Shown: positions 36,205 to 48,289, counted from the first letter of the whole stretch. The stretch is 63,384 nucleotides of DNA, filler included, from Phoronis australis (GCA_002633005.1; 12 parts of 12 records of this genome joined end to end with filler, not necessarily neighbours in it), one strand, 5' to 3'. Translations and numbers: made by a program. Notes: generated by a model not told the origin, from the sequence alone.

Positions 36205-36365
36205 GGAGAGTTCCTTAGTAACTAGAGTACGATTTTTCGAGTAAACTCGATTCCGAGTCGACTCGAAAATGAACATTGGGCACGCAATTCCGAGCTCAAC
36301 TCGGCTGAGACAGATTTCGAGTAGAAATTTCTGAGTTCGAGTCTGACATTAGGCACCGGGCCCTG
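36205..36365. mobile_element. Partial MITE with CTCGA/TCGAG internal repeats, ending CACCGGGCCCTG
   Basis: Same terminus style and repeat motif as the 39045-39445 element. Confidence 0.45.
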
Positions 36366-36642
36366 GAATCATTTGAATTGCGTCATGCATGTAGAGGGTT
36401 GCATCATCAAATTGCGTCATGTCACTAATACATCAGTTGATTCAAAATGCCATGCCTCACATGAAGAAAGTGTCAGAGACGTGGACGGTGATGTTGAGGA
36501 GGGGGTAATGGGGCTATTCGGAGAATTGTCCTCGCGGTGTCGCTGCTGTACTAGTGGTGATTGAATTGCGCATGCGTGGCTGTCTGCATGTAAACAACTG
36601 GTAAAAGATGGAATTTTTATCAAAATACGTCGTCGCGCTAAG

Positions 36643-37540
36643 CCTTATTACTGCTAATTTCCCTGGTGCAAGTCTTCGACAGGTGGCCACAAATTCCCAA
36701 AAGACCTAAGGTTACTATATTCGTGGACAATTGCGGTCAACAGGGTCAACTAACTGACAAAAAGTGTGTGGATGCTGAAGCCCCGTGTGTGCTCTATGAC
36801 TATGCAGTTCCATTCGGAGACTACACAACATTACTTGGTAAGTTTTTAGCAATCAGTTTCTATCAACATCGTTCGGTGATGTTATCCCCACCAGTTACCC
36901 CACTGAATAACAGTTTTATTGAGTGGAACTAAGTGTTTCTTTTTGGAAACTCACCCGATGCCGGGTAGGCTAGCAGCACATATTCATATTGTCCTGGGTG
37001 GGAGTGCTCCCAAAATAAGAGGTGTATGGTACGTGATGCACAGAAGTCAAGAGTGACTTTTTCACAGCAGTTTCTCTTCAAAACTATGCTGTTTCCAATA
37101 AAATTCTCTAGATGAGTGAGTTTCCTTATTTTATCGTGGACCCCACCCCCAGGACCACCAGCTCAGTTATCGAATTAACATGAATAAGCCTTAATTCAGT
37201 AAATGTCGTAACATTGCATTGGAAAAAAATTGACACCTAGAATGAATTTTACTTGTTGAGATCAGAAGCACATTTTAAGTGTCATGAAAAATACACATTG
37301 TTAAATCACTTTTAGCCTGTTTCACATATTTTAATTCAGATATTAAATAAGACTTGGGTACAAAGGTTAATAGTTTCTACACATAAACATGAAGATGAAA
37401 TGTCAAGTATGTTATGCCTTACAAAAGTAGTTTTGTCTTATCTTTTCTTTTACAATTTGCTAATATTTCTATTCTGTTACAGGCAAGAAAAAACAACTGA
37501 AACCAACCGCCTGACCATCTATTTCACCGTTGGACAAAGT
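36643..37540 (+). pseudogene. Decayed two-exon THAP-domain gene (transposase N-terminus); exons ~36643-36837 and 37483-~37540
   Basis: YC*FPWCKSSTGGHKFPKDLRLLYSWTIAVNR..VW...RVCS, then (frameshift) DYTTLLG|GTAAGT intron|KKKQLKPTA*PSISP, matching the THAP C2CH and AVPTIF motifs; contains stops and a frameshift. Confidence 0.7.
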
Positions 37541-39044
37541 GAAAAGCAATCCTTCAGCAATAACCTGAGAAAATTGAACGTAATTCAGAAATTCAGCACC
37601 TCATATGCCTGATTATGGACTCCCTCGCAATGTTATTTCTTTCTGTGCTTTTTCAGTTTGCCATTTGTTTTTAAATACACTGATAATTGTTTATTCTCGA
37701 ATCTTGTGTATAGCAAATTCTTATCCAGCTAGCTACAATTGAAAACATACAATAAGACAATCGATGCAGGCACTGAATGTCATTTCCCCATAATCTGTGC
37801 CAATAGTATAAAGCCTTTCTTCTGAAAGGAAAATTTAAGGTCACTCAGCTTTTGGCTTTCATTTCACTGGGTTCTAGTTTCAATGGCCTTGTAAAAAAGG
37901 TCCAGTTTCAACCCCTGGCTTTCTTTCATGTAACCTCATTCAGCCTCAATAACATCCACAATTAGACCCTTGAAGGTAAACACAGCAGCATATCCCTTGA
38001 ATCGTTTCGAGCCCAAAATCAGACTCTGAACTAGACCAGAGTGTGACTAGGTCTTCTTTAGCTTCAGTCCCNNNNNNNNNNNNNNNNNNNNNNNNNNNNN
38101 NNNNNNNNNNNNNNNTTAATTAATTAANNNNNNNNNNNNNNNNNNNNNNNNNNNNNNNNNNNNNNNNNNNNCGCCATTAAGAGGCATTCAGCTAAGCTCA
38201 AAACTGAAACAAAATCAACTGGTGGTCATCACATACATCTACGTCATTAGTTTCATTTTTCACTTGTTTGTCATCTGGAAAGGCTCTTCCCTCAAAACTA
38301 GTGGGAAAGCCCCATGTCGTGACCAAAATGGCCACTGGATACTGCAGTGGTCGAATGAGTCCGACAATCATCGTGTGTCAAGTTTCATTGAAATCCATCC
38401 AATGGTTCTCTAGATATTACTCGGAAATGCTTTCCTCCCCAAGACATTCCTCCTTGGCCCTGGGGGTGTGACAGACTTGCTAAGTGGCTTACACCACTCA
38501 AGTTATACCCCACAAGTGTCAAATTTCCAAGTTAGCCAAATTCAACACTTTTCTAAGGTCCTACATAACCATATTTACCTAACGTAGTCAGCATCAATCA
38601 GAGTTTCCCAGTGGAAGCAGGAACTGTCACGATTTTGATGTTTCACCATAGGTGTCAATAACGACAGCTCACAATCAAATAGGATTAAAGGAAATGAACT
38701 GAAACAGCTTTGGCATCCTCAGTCTTCCGGAATAAGTTGAAATCCAAGCGAATTACATTTAACACCGCGTGAGATTATTGTTGGCAAGCGTAGATCAATA
38801 AGCCAGTCAATGTAATTAAAGCAAAGACATAGACTCTTAATTTTTATTTCATTATTACAGCTAATTTCCGGACCAAGTCAGGTGAACTAGACTGTTCCTA
38901 GTTGTGCCGTTTGACAAGAGATGTGGAAAATTACATTATGTAACAGTAGCTATACTTGAAGCGCTAGACAGAGAAATGATTGGCAAAATTGAAAAACTGA
39001 GGTGTATCTATTCAAAAACAGACTTTTTCAACATTGCTATTCTG

Positions 39045-39445
39045 GGCCCGGTCTCCAATCTTTTTACTCGAAATGGAACTCGAAATTAGGTTTGGCATTT
39101 TCTACTCTACTTTTGGGNCGAACTCAAGATAAATGTCTATTATTCTAAGCTCGAGTACACAATAACTTACGTAGATAATTTATTGCCCTTAGTTCACAGT
39201 TTGTAAGCCCAATATTAAAGCAATAAGTTCGAGTTTGAACTCTAAATTTCGAGTTTTTACTCGAGTTTGTAGCACGAATATAAGGGTCTTCAAGGGCAAA
39301 CTTGAACTAGAAACTCCTATGCATAAACTATAATGTATTCGAGCACAGTCTGATAACCAATTATCTTAAGTTCGCACAAAAGAAGCAGAGAAATTGCCAA
39401 AATAGTTTCGAGTTCATTTCGAGTACAAAGATTAGAGACCGGGTC
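39045..39445. mobile_element. PIF/Harbinger-like MITE with ~45-bp TIRs and CTG TSD
   Basis: ctg|GGCCCGGTCTCCAATCTTTTTACTCGAAATGGAACTCGAAA ... TTTCGAGTTCATTTCGAGTACAAAGATTAGAGACCGGGTC|ctg. Confidence 0.85.
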
Positions 39446-40594
39446 CTGGTTTTACAACCAAGACGATCCCGCATCCCCCATGGGGTAGCTTCTCTGAGGA
39501 GGCACTGTGGCATTGTGGGATACGTACATAGGCCTATGCATGTAGCAAGTGTTCACTTCCTTTACATGTACGTGGGTTCGAGTTCCACTGAAGGATGCGC
39601 ACCCTTCGAATCAGGTATCTAACTCCTCAACTCGCTATCAGAATAGCATGAAAATAGTTCCTTGCGATTCAGTGCAACAGGTCCGCCCGCAATTGTTTAT
39701 CATTTATCGGCCTCTTCGGTACTGCCTGATATTTTTTACGGCGTAACAAAAATAAAAAGAATGCCCAGAACTTTGTTACGGTGCTCTACATGTTTTATAA
39801 TTGATTCTCGTAATGCAATACGTTGCGTATACATAAATACATTCAGACATACGTACATACATACATGTACATGTACATCACGTACACACTACATACATGT
39901 ATGAATGTATGTAAGCGTGTATGTGTGTTGACTACGTGTATGTCTGATCGCCAAGATATACAGTAAGGTTTTCTACGACTTTTTGGGCTTAATTCTCAAT
40001 TGCAAATTGCAACCCATCTTTTCAGATATTTCCTCGGGTCATTAATAGAGTGGTTTTAAAGAATCTCCAATTTGTTTATGAAAACACCAAAACAAGCCCA
40101 CCAATGAGTCGATCAACAATCAAATTAGAACACGTGCAAAAATTATCTGGCCTTATGTTAAAAGGACACTTAACCCCTGTTTTCGTAGATTTCAGCCAAT
40201 TCTCGTAGTGTTAAGACAAGTCTACAGAAAGCCATCATCGGCGACGTACAATATGATTAGGAAATGTGTAATAATACATCCATTGGCACAGGTCATGGGT
40301 CGAGGGGGTTGTGGGTCGTNNNNNNNNNNNNNNNNNNNNNNNNNNNNNNNNNNNNNNNNNNNNTTAATTAATTAANNNNNNNNNNNNNNNNNNNNNNNNN
40401 NNNNNNNNNNNNNNNNNNNTTGGTTTTGCGTTGACTTTACCGTGCGAATCTGTTCTATTCTACTTTTGTTTTGTGCTGTTTTTCAACAATTGTCGCCATC
40501 ACTTTCCATCGGCGAGTATTCTGCAGCAAGATAGGTTAGTAGAGAACTCAGCTACGTTGGATTTAGGGATTGTTTAGTGTGTTGTAAGCTGAAA

Positions 40595-40895
40595 ATGGCT
40601 GGAGTCGGTGACCCTTATCACAGTGACAGTAGTGTGAGTGACGGAGACCTTGTTCACAGCAGTTGTGACGAGGAATTCTTTCACGGACATTCGGTGGGTC
40701 GGTACATGTTCATGAGCCCGAGTATATTGAGGCAGAGTACGCACAGGCACAGGCAGCTGTTGAGAGAAACGAGGCGGCTACTGAGGACAGACGTGGTGAC
40801 ACATCTTGGTGCAAATGCACTGTGTGCCTTGTTATCCCTACCTTAATGGAATGCTTGTGCTGTTCAAAGTTTGACGAGGCCAAGCCACTACTGGA
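40595..40895 (+). pseudogene. KolX / P2X7-intracellular-domain-like protein, 5' part, frameshifted and truncated
   Basis: MAGVGDP..(acidic)..RYMF[+2 nt at 40712-40713]EPEY...RRGDTSWCKCTVCLVIPTLMECLCC, matching the YxFEP...WCxCxxCxxMPTxxECxCC motif. Confidence 0.8.
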
Positions 40896-41693
40896 CATGA
40901 TTAAGTGGACCTCTGGCATACCACGAACAAAGGAACAACTGTTCCACTTGCCAGAGTGTCCCGCGACACACTCCCACTAGATGGTGACCTGAGCACTCAA
41001 ACTGCTTACATCGTGTCGTGTGACTCCCTCGCCACACACCTGGCACCTTCTAAATAGCTCCAACACTTTAGACAAGCCCACAATAAACTTATCAAAGTTT
41101 GGCTCACCGATCTGTTCACTGGACGACGAACTGTCCTCTTCACTGGGTGTCGAAGTGGGCCTGTAAAGACTCCCACTACTCAATATCGCTGCAGGAGGGC
41201 TGCTTAGAGGCTCTGGGCTGGAGAAAACAGCACAGGACGAATCACTACTGGTTCCAGGAATTGCACGCTCTGGGGTACGTTCGGAGGCACGGGTGACAGT
41301 AGATGAAGTGCCTCCATTGGCTCCAGTCACTGTACTGGGCACAGCTCGCGAGGCTTCTCGCTTCAAAAACGCACTTCTCGGGGGAGGCGACGTGGCACTG
41401 CCGGGAATCAACACAGACGGAATGGCATCCTTCTTCAGGCGTTGTTTCGCAGGGACCTTCATCAGTTCAGCGTACAAATCTCTTTCGTAATCGGACGGCA
41501 GAAAGTGCTCGTCACACACACGATAATTCTCCACTGCTTTGTACGTTGCGTGGACGGGTAACGCTGCGTTCTTCACACGAACGAGCCAAGTACGGCGAAG
41601 TGTGTCATCCATCGGAAAGCGATGCAAAGGTACTCCCAAAGCGCGCGTAAGCCGATAATTAGTACATCCCGGTACGCAGCAACAGTGTGGCAT
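40890..41693 (-). pseudogene. Kolobok transposase N-terminus: intact THAP domain plus second Cys/His motif; premature stop at 40977-40979; catalytic domain deleted
   Basis: MPHCCCVPGC..LHRFP...W...RVCDEHF...LKKDAIPSV (THAP), Ser-rich linker, then KFIVGLSKVLELFRRCQVCG...I*WECVAGHSGKWNSCSFVRGMPEVHLIMSS. Confidence 0.88.
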
Positions 41694-42143
41694 GTTGATT
41701 GACTAGTAAATGAAAGCAAACGACGGCGGAACTTAACACAACCAAGGTAGAACAATGACTGACTCGGCAGCTCTCACAGTCAGACTATATGAAAAGAAAT
41801 TGGCGCGAAATGCGTGCCTCCTAAAACGTCACTTCCGGAGTAGCGGACGAGTAATTAATAAAATTACGTAAAGCTGTAATTAAGTGGAAAATATGTCTAG
41901 GATAACCAACCAACCTTATTTTAGCTCAAAATGACATGGAAAAAGGTTGCCTTCGCCTTTAACCTACTGCAACTGTTTTCTTTTCAGGAAATTGAAATCC
42001 AGCGGCATTCAGCAGGAAGTTCAGAAACCCTATAATTGGTCCACTTTTGCTACCACATGGAGCGACAGTTTCTTTTTTCTTACTTAATCTTTAAATCAGT
42101 GGCTACCGTATCGACTGTTCTTGGGCATGTATGAAAGACGTAC

Positions 42144-42368
42144 CTGATATCCACTGCCATCTATCGTCATTTCCCTGTCTTATTCCAACCCAGACGTCGT
42201 GAGTAATCTTCTCCCTAATGAGATTCGTAACTCCAGTATCTCGTGGTTCAGCCAAGCGCCCTCCTTCCTGTTTACAGAACTTAGCTGCTTGTGACCAAGT
42301 GAGTTCATGATTTATGTGGACGACAAGCTGTCTGTTTCCTTTGTCAAAATGTTGCAGATTGGACGTCA
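42144..42368 (-). CDS. C-type lectin domain exon (N-terminal part of CTLD)
   Basis: TACAG acceptor, CAG|GTACG donor, 225 nt, phase 1-1; LTWSQAAKFCKQEGGRLAEP...VWVGIRQ...WQWISG. Confidence 0.88.
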
Positions 42369-43031
42369 CTGTACAAATTACAGGGTTGTATGTCAATCAT
42401 CGATTCAGTAAACCTTTCTGGTGTGCTTGTTCGTCATACTTACATACGGTTTGCAGGCATCATGTGTATAAAATGGTCTTGAGTGCAAAAATGTATAAAT
42501 ATATATTCACAATTGTGTTTTGAAAGGCACTGCAGGTGTTGAGTAAAACAAACAATGGGTCATTTTTGTAGACTTTTCCCTAAGAAAAGATTGTCAAGCG
42601 TCAGTGCTGGCTTGAACACGTGGACCCAAAGGGAAGTCAACAAGATTTTAGTACTAAAAGCGGCTCCACAAATGTTATTCAAAATGGTTACTCGATTTTC
42701 AGACCCACAAGAACATATTGTTTGAATAAAAATGTTAAAATCTTTCTAGCTATTACGGTTGCAGTTTGCTGAAATTTTTATTTGAAAAATATGTTGAAAA
42801 ATTGTGTTGGAAAAATACTGCATTATGTCTGAACAGGAAGATCTTCGTTGGGTTTGCCCCTATGTAGTTTTTTCGTTTTAAGACCATCAATTACAATGAC
42901 AAAATGCCTCTAACGTTCAAACGAGCTGCTGTGACGATAACACCACATCAGATAAGCTTCCATGTACCCAGCAAAACACTGTTTTGGCATTCGTCGCAGT
43001 TTTATAACCTTGCAACCAATACGGTACTTAC

Positions 43032-43074
43032 CTGAACAGACGAAGACTGCAATAAACGAACAATGGTGAAACAT
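43032..43074 (-). CDS. Candidate signal-peptide first exon of the C-type lectin (MFHHCSFIAVFVCS)
   Basis: ATG, short hydrophobic stretch, consensus CAG|GTAAGT donor in phase 1, compatible with the CTLD exon. Confidence 0.55.
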
Positions 43075-43619
43075 AATTTGATCGTCGAAGGTGCCCTGAA
43101 GCAAATACACGCCACGACAAAATCGTTTCAAAGCACCCCATTCTACGTCTGCGCCTGTTGATAACAATGTATCAACAGATTTTGGTTTAATTTTATACAG
43201 AAATCCGATTAGGTTATGCATATCCATATAGATAGTGAGTGCACAGTATTAGTCACGTTGATAACTGCTATAGACTGGAATATTTTTTCGAAGATAATGA
43301 CATTCATGCGGCAACGATACCTCGTGTGAGTTGTTTAATTCTAGGCACCTGCAGGACATTTTTCGCTATAAAGCTTGAATTTGAGCATTAAACCTGCTGA
43401 TTCAAAATTGATTCCATAATTCAACATTTTAGACTTGACGACCAATCACATCAGTGTCGTTACTCACGTTGTCGTTCATGATTTCTCGAAGTAGTCGCTC
43501 ACTGTATAGAAGGTACCAGTTTGCATGCGCGTGTGGTGTGTAATTTCTTTCCAACACTAGTTGTCTGCAAACGTTCTTCTTTCTATGCTTAGTGCGCGTT
43601 AGATTATATTTCACAGTAT

Positions 43620-44900
43620 ATGGTGAATCTGAAGCATCCCTCTATTCGTAAAATGGTACGCGATATAGCTAGACATTGGCTTGAATAAGAGACGTACTTC
43701 AGGCAAGGCAAGGAAGTTGCAACGTGATCCACGTTCTCTGAACCTGCCATGGCAACAGACATTAATTTCAAACGATGATGAACTATGTATTGGTATTTTG
43801 AAACTTAACAGACCATTTACTGCCTGCGACTTCTTACATTTTGATGAAAGACTCTATGAACATAGTCAAAAAGCATTAAAAATAAATTCTGGAATGAAGC
43901 CTATACTCGTACTTATGAAGGTGTGAGTATACTGAGGACAAACATCGTACTACACGAACAACTTTGGTATAATTCAAACACTGTTGTCAGCAACAAACAA
44001 GTTTTCTTTAAATTCTGGTATAGAGGAGAAGACATTAGTTTTATATTTGACCTTCGTGATACAGAAAGTAAATTGATGTGGTATCTAATATCTCGTATGT
44101 CACGTTTTTCCGCGCGTGTGAATGGGCGCAACATAGACACATATTAACATCTTCTCTGGCGTCGCAACATAGGCACACTATAACATCTTCTCTGGCTGCG
44201 CAACATAGGTACACACCAACATTTTCTCTGGCAGCTAAACATAGGCACACACTAACATCTTCTCTGGCAGCGCAACATAGGCACACACTAATATCTTCTT
44301 TGGCGGCGCAACATAGGCATGCACTAACATCTCTGGTCGCGCAACATAGTCATACACTAACATTTTCTCTGGCCGCGCAACATAGGCACACACTGGCATC
44401 TTCTCTGACCGCGCATTATAGGCACGCACTAACATCTTCTCTGGCAGCGCAACATAGGCACGCACTAATATCTTCTCTGGCGGCGCAACATAGGCACGCA
44501 CTAACATCTTCTCTGGTAGCCTTCTGTCATTGTTAATTTGTAAAGAACTGGCTCGTCGCAACCCACTTTTCACTTGGTTTCTATAATCTGGAGAGTTTTG
44601 GCAAGCTGAATGCACTGTGCTTTAATTCGTAGTGTCCGCATGCACATGCTGTCTGTGGGGTAAAGACTGCTTCTTGGTGTGTTTATGATCGTCTTTACGT
44701 AACCAGCTAAGGTGGGTGGTTGTCGTAAAAGACGGGAATACTCACTTAAGAACAAGTTTTTGAAGTCTTCAGCTCAGTATGTTGTCACAATTTTTAGATT
44801 TTGTGCGCCATATGGAGATGACCGTTGCACATGACAATACATGTTCTTCAAGCCCAAAACCAGCAGAAACTGTTGAGTGCCGCCTCACGTGATGATAAAG
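43620..44900 (+). mobile_element. Highly decayed L1/Tx1-like LINE ORF2 3' fragment, interrupted by a minisatellite
   Basis: LHEQLWYNSNTVVSNKQVFFKFWYRGEDISFIFDLRD resembles the post-RT Tx1/L1 motif; DNTCSS..PAETVE near 44835-44880 resembles the decayed C-terminal CCHC motif. Confidence 0.45.
44126..44520 (+). repeat. 36-bp minisatellite, about 11 copies
   Basis: Unit GCGCAACATAGGCACACACTAACATCTTCTCTGGCA; produces the 12-aa repeats seen in the ORF track. Confidence 0.95.
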
Positions 44901-45616
44901 ACGGTGCAAATGTCAGTGACGTAACTCCAGCAGTCTGTTTTATAAAGAATAACTTAAAACGGGCAGCTAAAATTTTGGTTTACACAACTATCTCTGAAAA
45001 CTAATTTTAATTAGTTATTAATAGAGCAAAAAGCAAAGCCTCTGATGATGTACTTATGACTGCTAGTCTCTTAGATAATGTTGATAAGTTTATATTGAAT
45101 TTGATGCGTTCATAATTACTTGGTTACTCCTTTTTCTGCAACTGTGAATGTCTTAAGTCACTTTCATGAAACACTCTGCAGGAATCTCTGACGTGGTCAC
45201 CACTGCGCAGGCGCAACAACTATCGGACGGAAGAATGGCGCCCTTACCGGCCATGTTCGTTACTCGCCTTTATGTGTAGGTTAAATAGCCATTAGGAATA
45301 CCACCACCATAGTGCTCTCCGCCATAACTTTTTTTCAATATTCAACAGAACAAGCAAATTTCAATAATTCTTCGTTTTCCATCTCACTTCCTTTAATTTC
45401 ACGAAAAATATGTTGCTGAGTGAGATGTTTATTTTTAGAACATGTCCGGCTGTACATATTGGTAATGAGCCAATGAAAGGCAGCGTTGGATTTGCCATTG
45501 ATGATGATTTTGGCTTATAGATAATGTAGTGCTTGTACGACTAGGCGAGAATGTTGAATTGTGGGAGTAATATCACTCTGTTAGTTCCGTAATCCAACAT
45601 TTAGATCGCACGTGTG

Positions 45617-46344
45617 CAGTGGCGGATCTAGGATATCACAAGGGGGGGGGCCAAGATTTTGTCCGGCTGTAAGCACTTGCGCAANNNNNNNNNNNNNNNN
45701 NNNNNNNNNNNNNNNNNNNNNNNNNNNNNNNNNNNNNNNNNNNNNNNNNNNNNNNNNNNNNNNNNNNNNNNNNNNNNNNNNNNNNNNNNNNNNNNNNNNN
45801 NNNNNNNNNNNNNNNNNNNNNNNNNNNNNNNNNNNNNNNNNNNNNNNNNNNNNNNNNNNNNNNNNNNNNNNNNNNNNNNNNNNNNNNNNNNNNNNNNNNN
45901 NNNNNNNNNNNNNNNNNNNNNNNNNNNNNNNNNNNNNNNNNNNNNNNNNNNNNNNNNNNNNNNNNNNNNNNNNNNNNNNNNNNNNNNNNNNNNNNNNNNN
46001 NNNNNNNNNNNNNNNNNNNNNNNNNNNNNNNNNNNNNNNNNNNNNNNNNNNNNNNNNNNNNNNNNNNNNNNNNNNNNNNNNNNNNNNNNNNNNNGCGGGA
46101 GAGCCTATACTTAGCCATAGTTCCGTTACGAATGCGCCGTGTTCCGAATTTGACACTTGAAATTGGATTTGAGCCCCCCCAACACTAAAACTGCACACAT
46201 TTAAATCTTTTTTTATCCGTATAATTTTAATTACCGGGGTTAATTAATAAACTCCCCATTTCCCTACGCTCATATTGTTTTATTTTTTTGCGGCAGCCAA
46301 GGGGGGGAGGCGGGCCCCCTGCCTCCCCCATAAATCCGCCTATG
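45617..46344. mobile_element. CAGTGGCGGATC-type MITE end(s) spanning a real 410-N gap (45685-46094)
   Basis: Left CAGTGGCGGATCTAGG, right TAAATCCGCCTATG; no matching TSD, so these may be two separate elements. Confidence 0.55.
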
Positions 46345-46364
46345 GTTTCTAATATGAAGTGGAT

Positions 46365-47480
46365 GGCTGACAATGGTTTTCCGACGAGTTCGATTACTGT
46401 GGCACCTCGTAGTGGCAGTTTTGCTTTTTTGCACTCATCGCTGTATCTCCTAAACCGTTTGCACGATCTTTACGTAATTTAGCAAGTGTATTTATATGAT
46501 GTTGACAACGGACGACGACGACTTTCGGACAGATCTAACTTTTGGTGTACCCCCTAGTGGCAATTTTAGTTTTTATGTTTACCAGTATGTATTTTCAGAG
46601 GTCCTCAACAGATTTTCATAAAATTTTGAATATAGGCATCTATTGGTGAAATGACGCTATCATCATGTTTTTGGATATAATTGAGTTATTTGGCGCCATC
46701 TGGTGGCCATTTATGTTGTTTTCAAATATTGTTTTTGTCGTTCACCCCTCGATCAACCAAATCATTCTGGGGATGGTTTTGAAAATTGGCCTATATGTTT
46801 TCAATGTGAAGAGGACGTTTGATGATGGCGACTGACTACTGTGGCGCCTTCTAGTGGTAGTTTTGTTTTGGTTTTCGCCCATAACTGTATCTCCAAAACC
46901 CACTGCAGGATCTTTATTATATTTAGTAAGTGAATTTATGTGAAGATAACAGACGATGACTGTCAGGCGGATCTATGGGACGCTGTGCCCACAAGTGGCA
47001 ATTTCATTTTGTTTCTGTTTTCCTTTGTTTCCCTTGACAGATTTTATGAAATATGGCATGATCCCGTTCTTGGATGGAGTTTACGTTTTTGCGCCATCTA
47101 GTGGCCATTTTATGATACAAATAAATAACCCTAAGAGCACACCATTTGCGATGCATTTGTGGGCGCATTTCAACGCTCGGCGTTNGACGACGACGACTTT
47201 CGGACAGATCTAATTTTTGGTGTACCCCCTAGTGGCAATTTTAGTTCTTATGTTTACCAGTCTGTATTTTCAAAGGTCCTCAACAGATTTTCATAAAATT
47301 TTGAATATAGGCATCTATTGGTGAGATGACGCTATCATCATGTTTTTGGATGGAATTGAGTTATTTTGCGCGTTCTGGTGGCCATTTTTGTTGTTTTCAA
47401 ATCTTGTTTTTGTCGTCACCACTCGATCAACCAAATCATTCTGGGGATGGTTTTGAAAATTGGCCTGTATGTTTTCAGTG
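46365..47480 (+). repeat. Family X-related repeat with ~145-bp subunits, each carrying a CTCF-like motif; partly duplicated after the single N at 47185
   Basis: Motifs end at 46415, 46560, 46706, 46857, 46998 and 47104; 47186-47480 duplicates ~46512-46810. Confidence 0.75.
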
Positions 47481-47933
47481 TGAATACAAATATCATGTTT
47501 TAATTGCTTCAAAATGAGCTCTCTGTAACTCTACAGGCGAAGTATATACTAGAGGTTCTCATCAAAAGGTAATTCAACTGTTTATTTTTTCGTGACAACA
47601 ACTCGAACAAGGCTAATTTGAGTTCAGTTATCCAGTGCCCCTTCCTGTCTTCGGTGCCTATCGAATCTCTCAATTTTGGAAAACAAGTTCAGTTGAACGA
47701 AAGTTTACGGGTATATAAATGACAAAAATGTACCTCTGCTACTAAACAAAACGATGTCTATGGGTCAAAATAACTGAAAAATAGTAAAAAAAATAAATTC
47801 CAGGGACTATCGCTAGATTCTAGTGCTGAGATCCAGCAAGTGCCGAGACAATTAAAGGCTACCAGACGAGTGAAACACCAGAGACAAAATTACCAAGCCT
47901 ACACTATAGCCACCAAACTGAACTATTGTGTGT

Positions 47934-48133
47934 CTTGGAACAAATATACTTGTGTTTAACCTTCGAGTAATCAAGCAACATTGCTGCTTGTGTACGTGGC
48001 CGTTTGATACATTGTTTAAACCTTTCGACACCACTTTTCGGTTTAGGAGATGGCTAAAAGTGACGAGATATTCTTCCCGAGCTGCATAACGGCTGTCAGA
48101 ATTACACATGCCATATCGACACCGTATCACCAT
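47934..48133 (-). pseudogene. Decayed THAP-domain first exon of a DNA-transposon gene
   Basis: MVIRCRYGMCNSDSRY...VTF[frameshift]PSPKPKSGVERFKQCIKRP...SKVKHKYICSK, matching the MVxRCxxGxCNSDSRY..FPKPK..W..YVCSK|HF THAP subtype. Confidence 0.7.
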
Positions 48134-48289
48134 TTTTATCACGCAATTTCTTGACCTATAGACTAAAATACGTTTCACACGACAACGCATTGTTTGTCGG
48201 GTAAAATGGCGGCTTGGAAACGCAGACGGAGGTGTTTTAAGAAGGCTACGTTCTGATTGGTCAGTTAAGCCGTCAGTCGTAATCCTGGC

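Larger units (their letters stand above)
40420..41958 (-). mobile_element. Internally deleted Kolobok DNA transposon (left end cut by contig boundary)
   Basis: Terminus TTAA|AGGCGAAGGCAACC on the minus strand (TTAA at 41959-41962); convergent THAP-transposase and KolX genes fused near 40890. Confidence 0.8.

Noticed and set aside
39570-39600. B-box GGTTCGAGTTCC as a tRNA gene
   Set aside because: No cloverleaf or properly spaced A-box; at most a decayed SINE head.
40158-40319. TTAAAAGGACACTTAACC as the missing left end of the Kolobok element
   Set aside because: It lies on a different contig across an artificial spacer and does not match the AGGCGAAGGCAACC terminus well.
44041-44615. His-rich or Cys-rich repeat proteins
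   Set aside because: Translations of the 36-bp minisatellite; no splice or start support.
45581-46198. Long ORFs of 151-205 aa
   Set aside because: They consist mostly of X from the 410-N gap.
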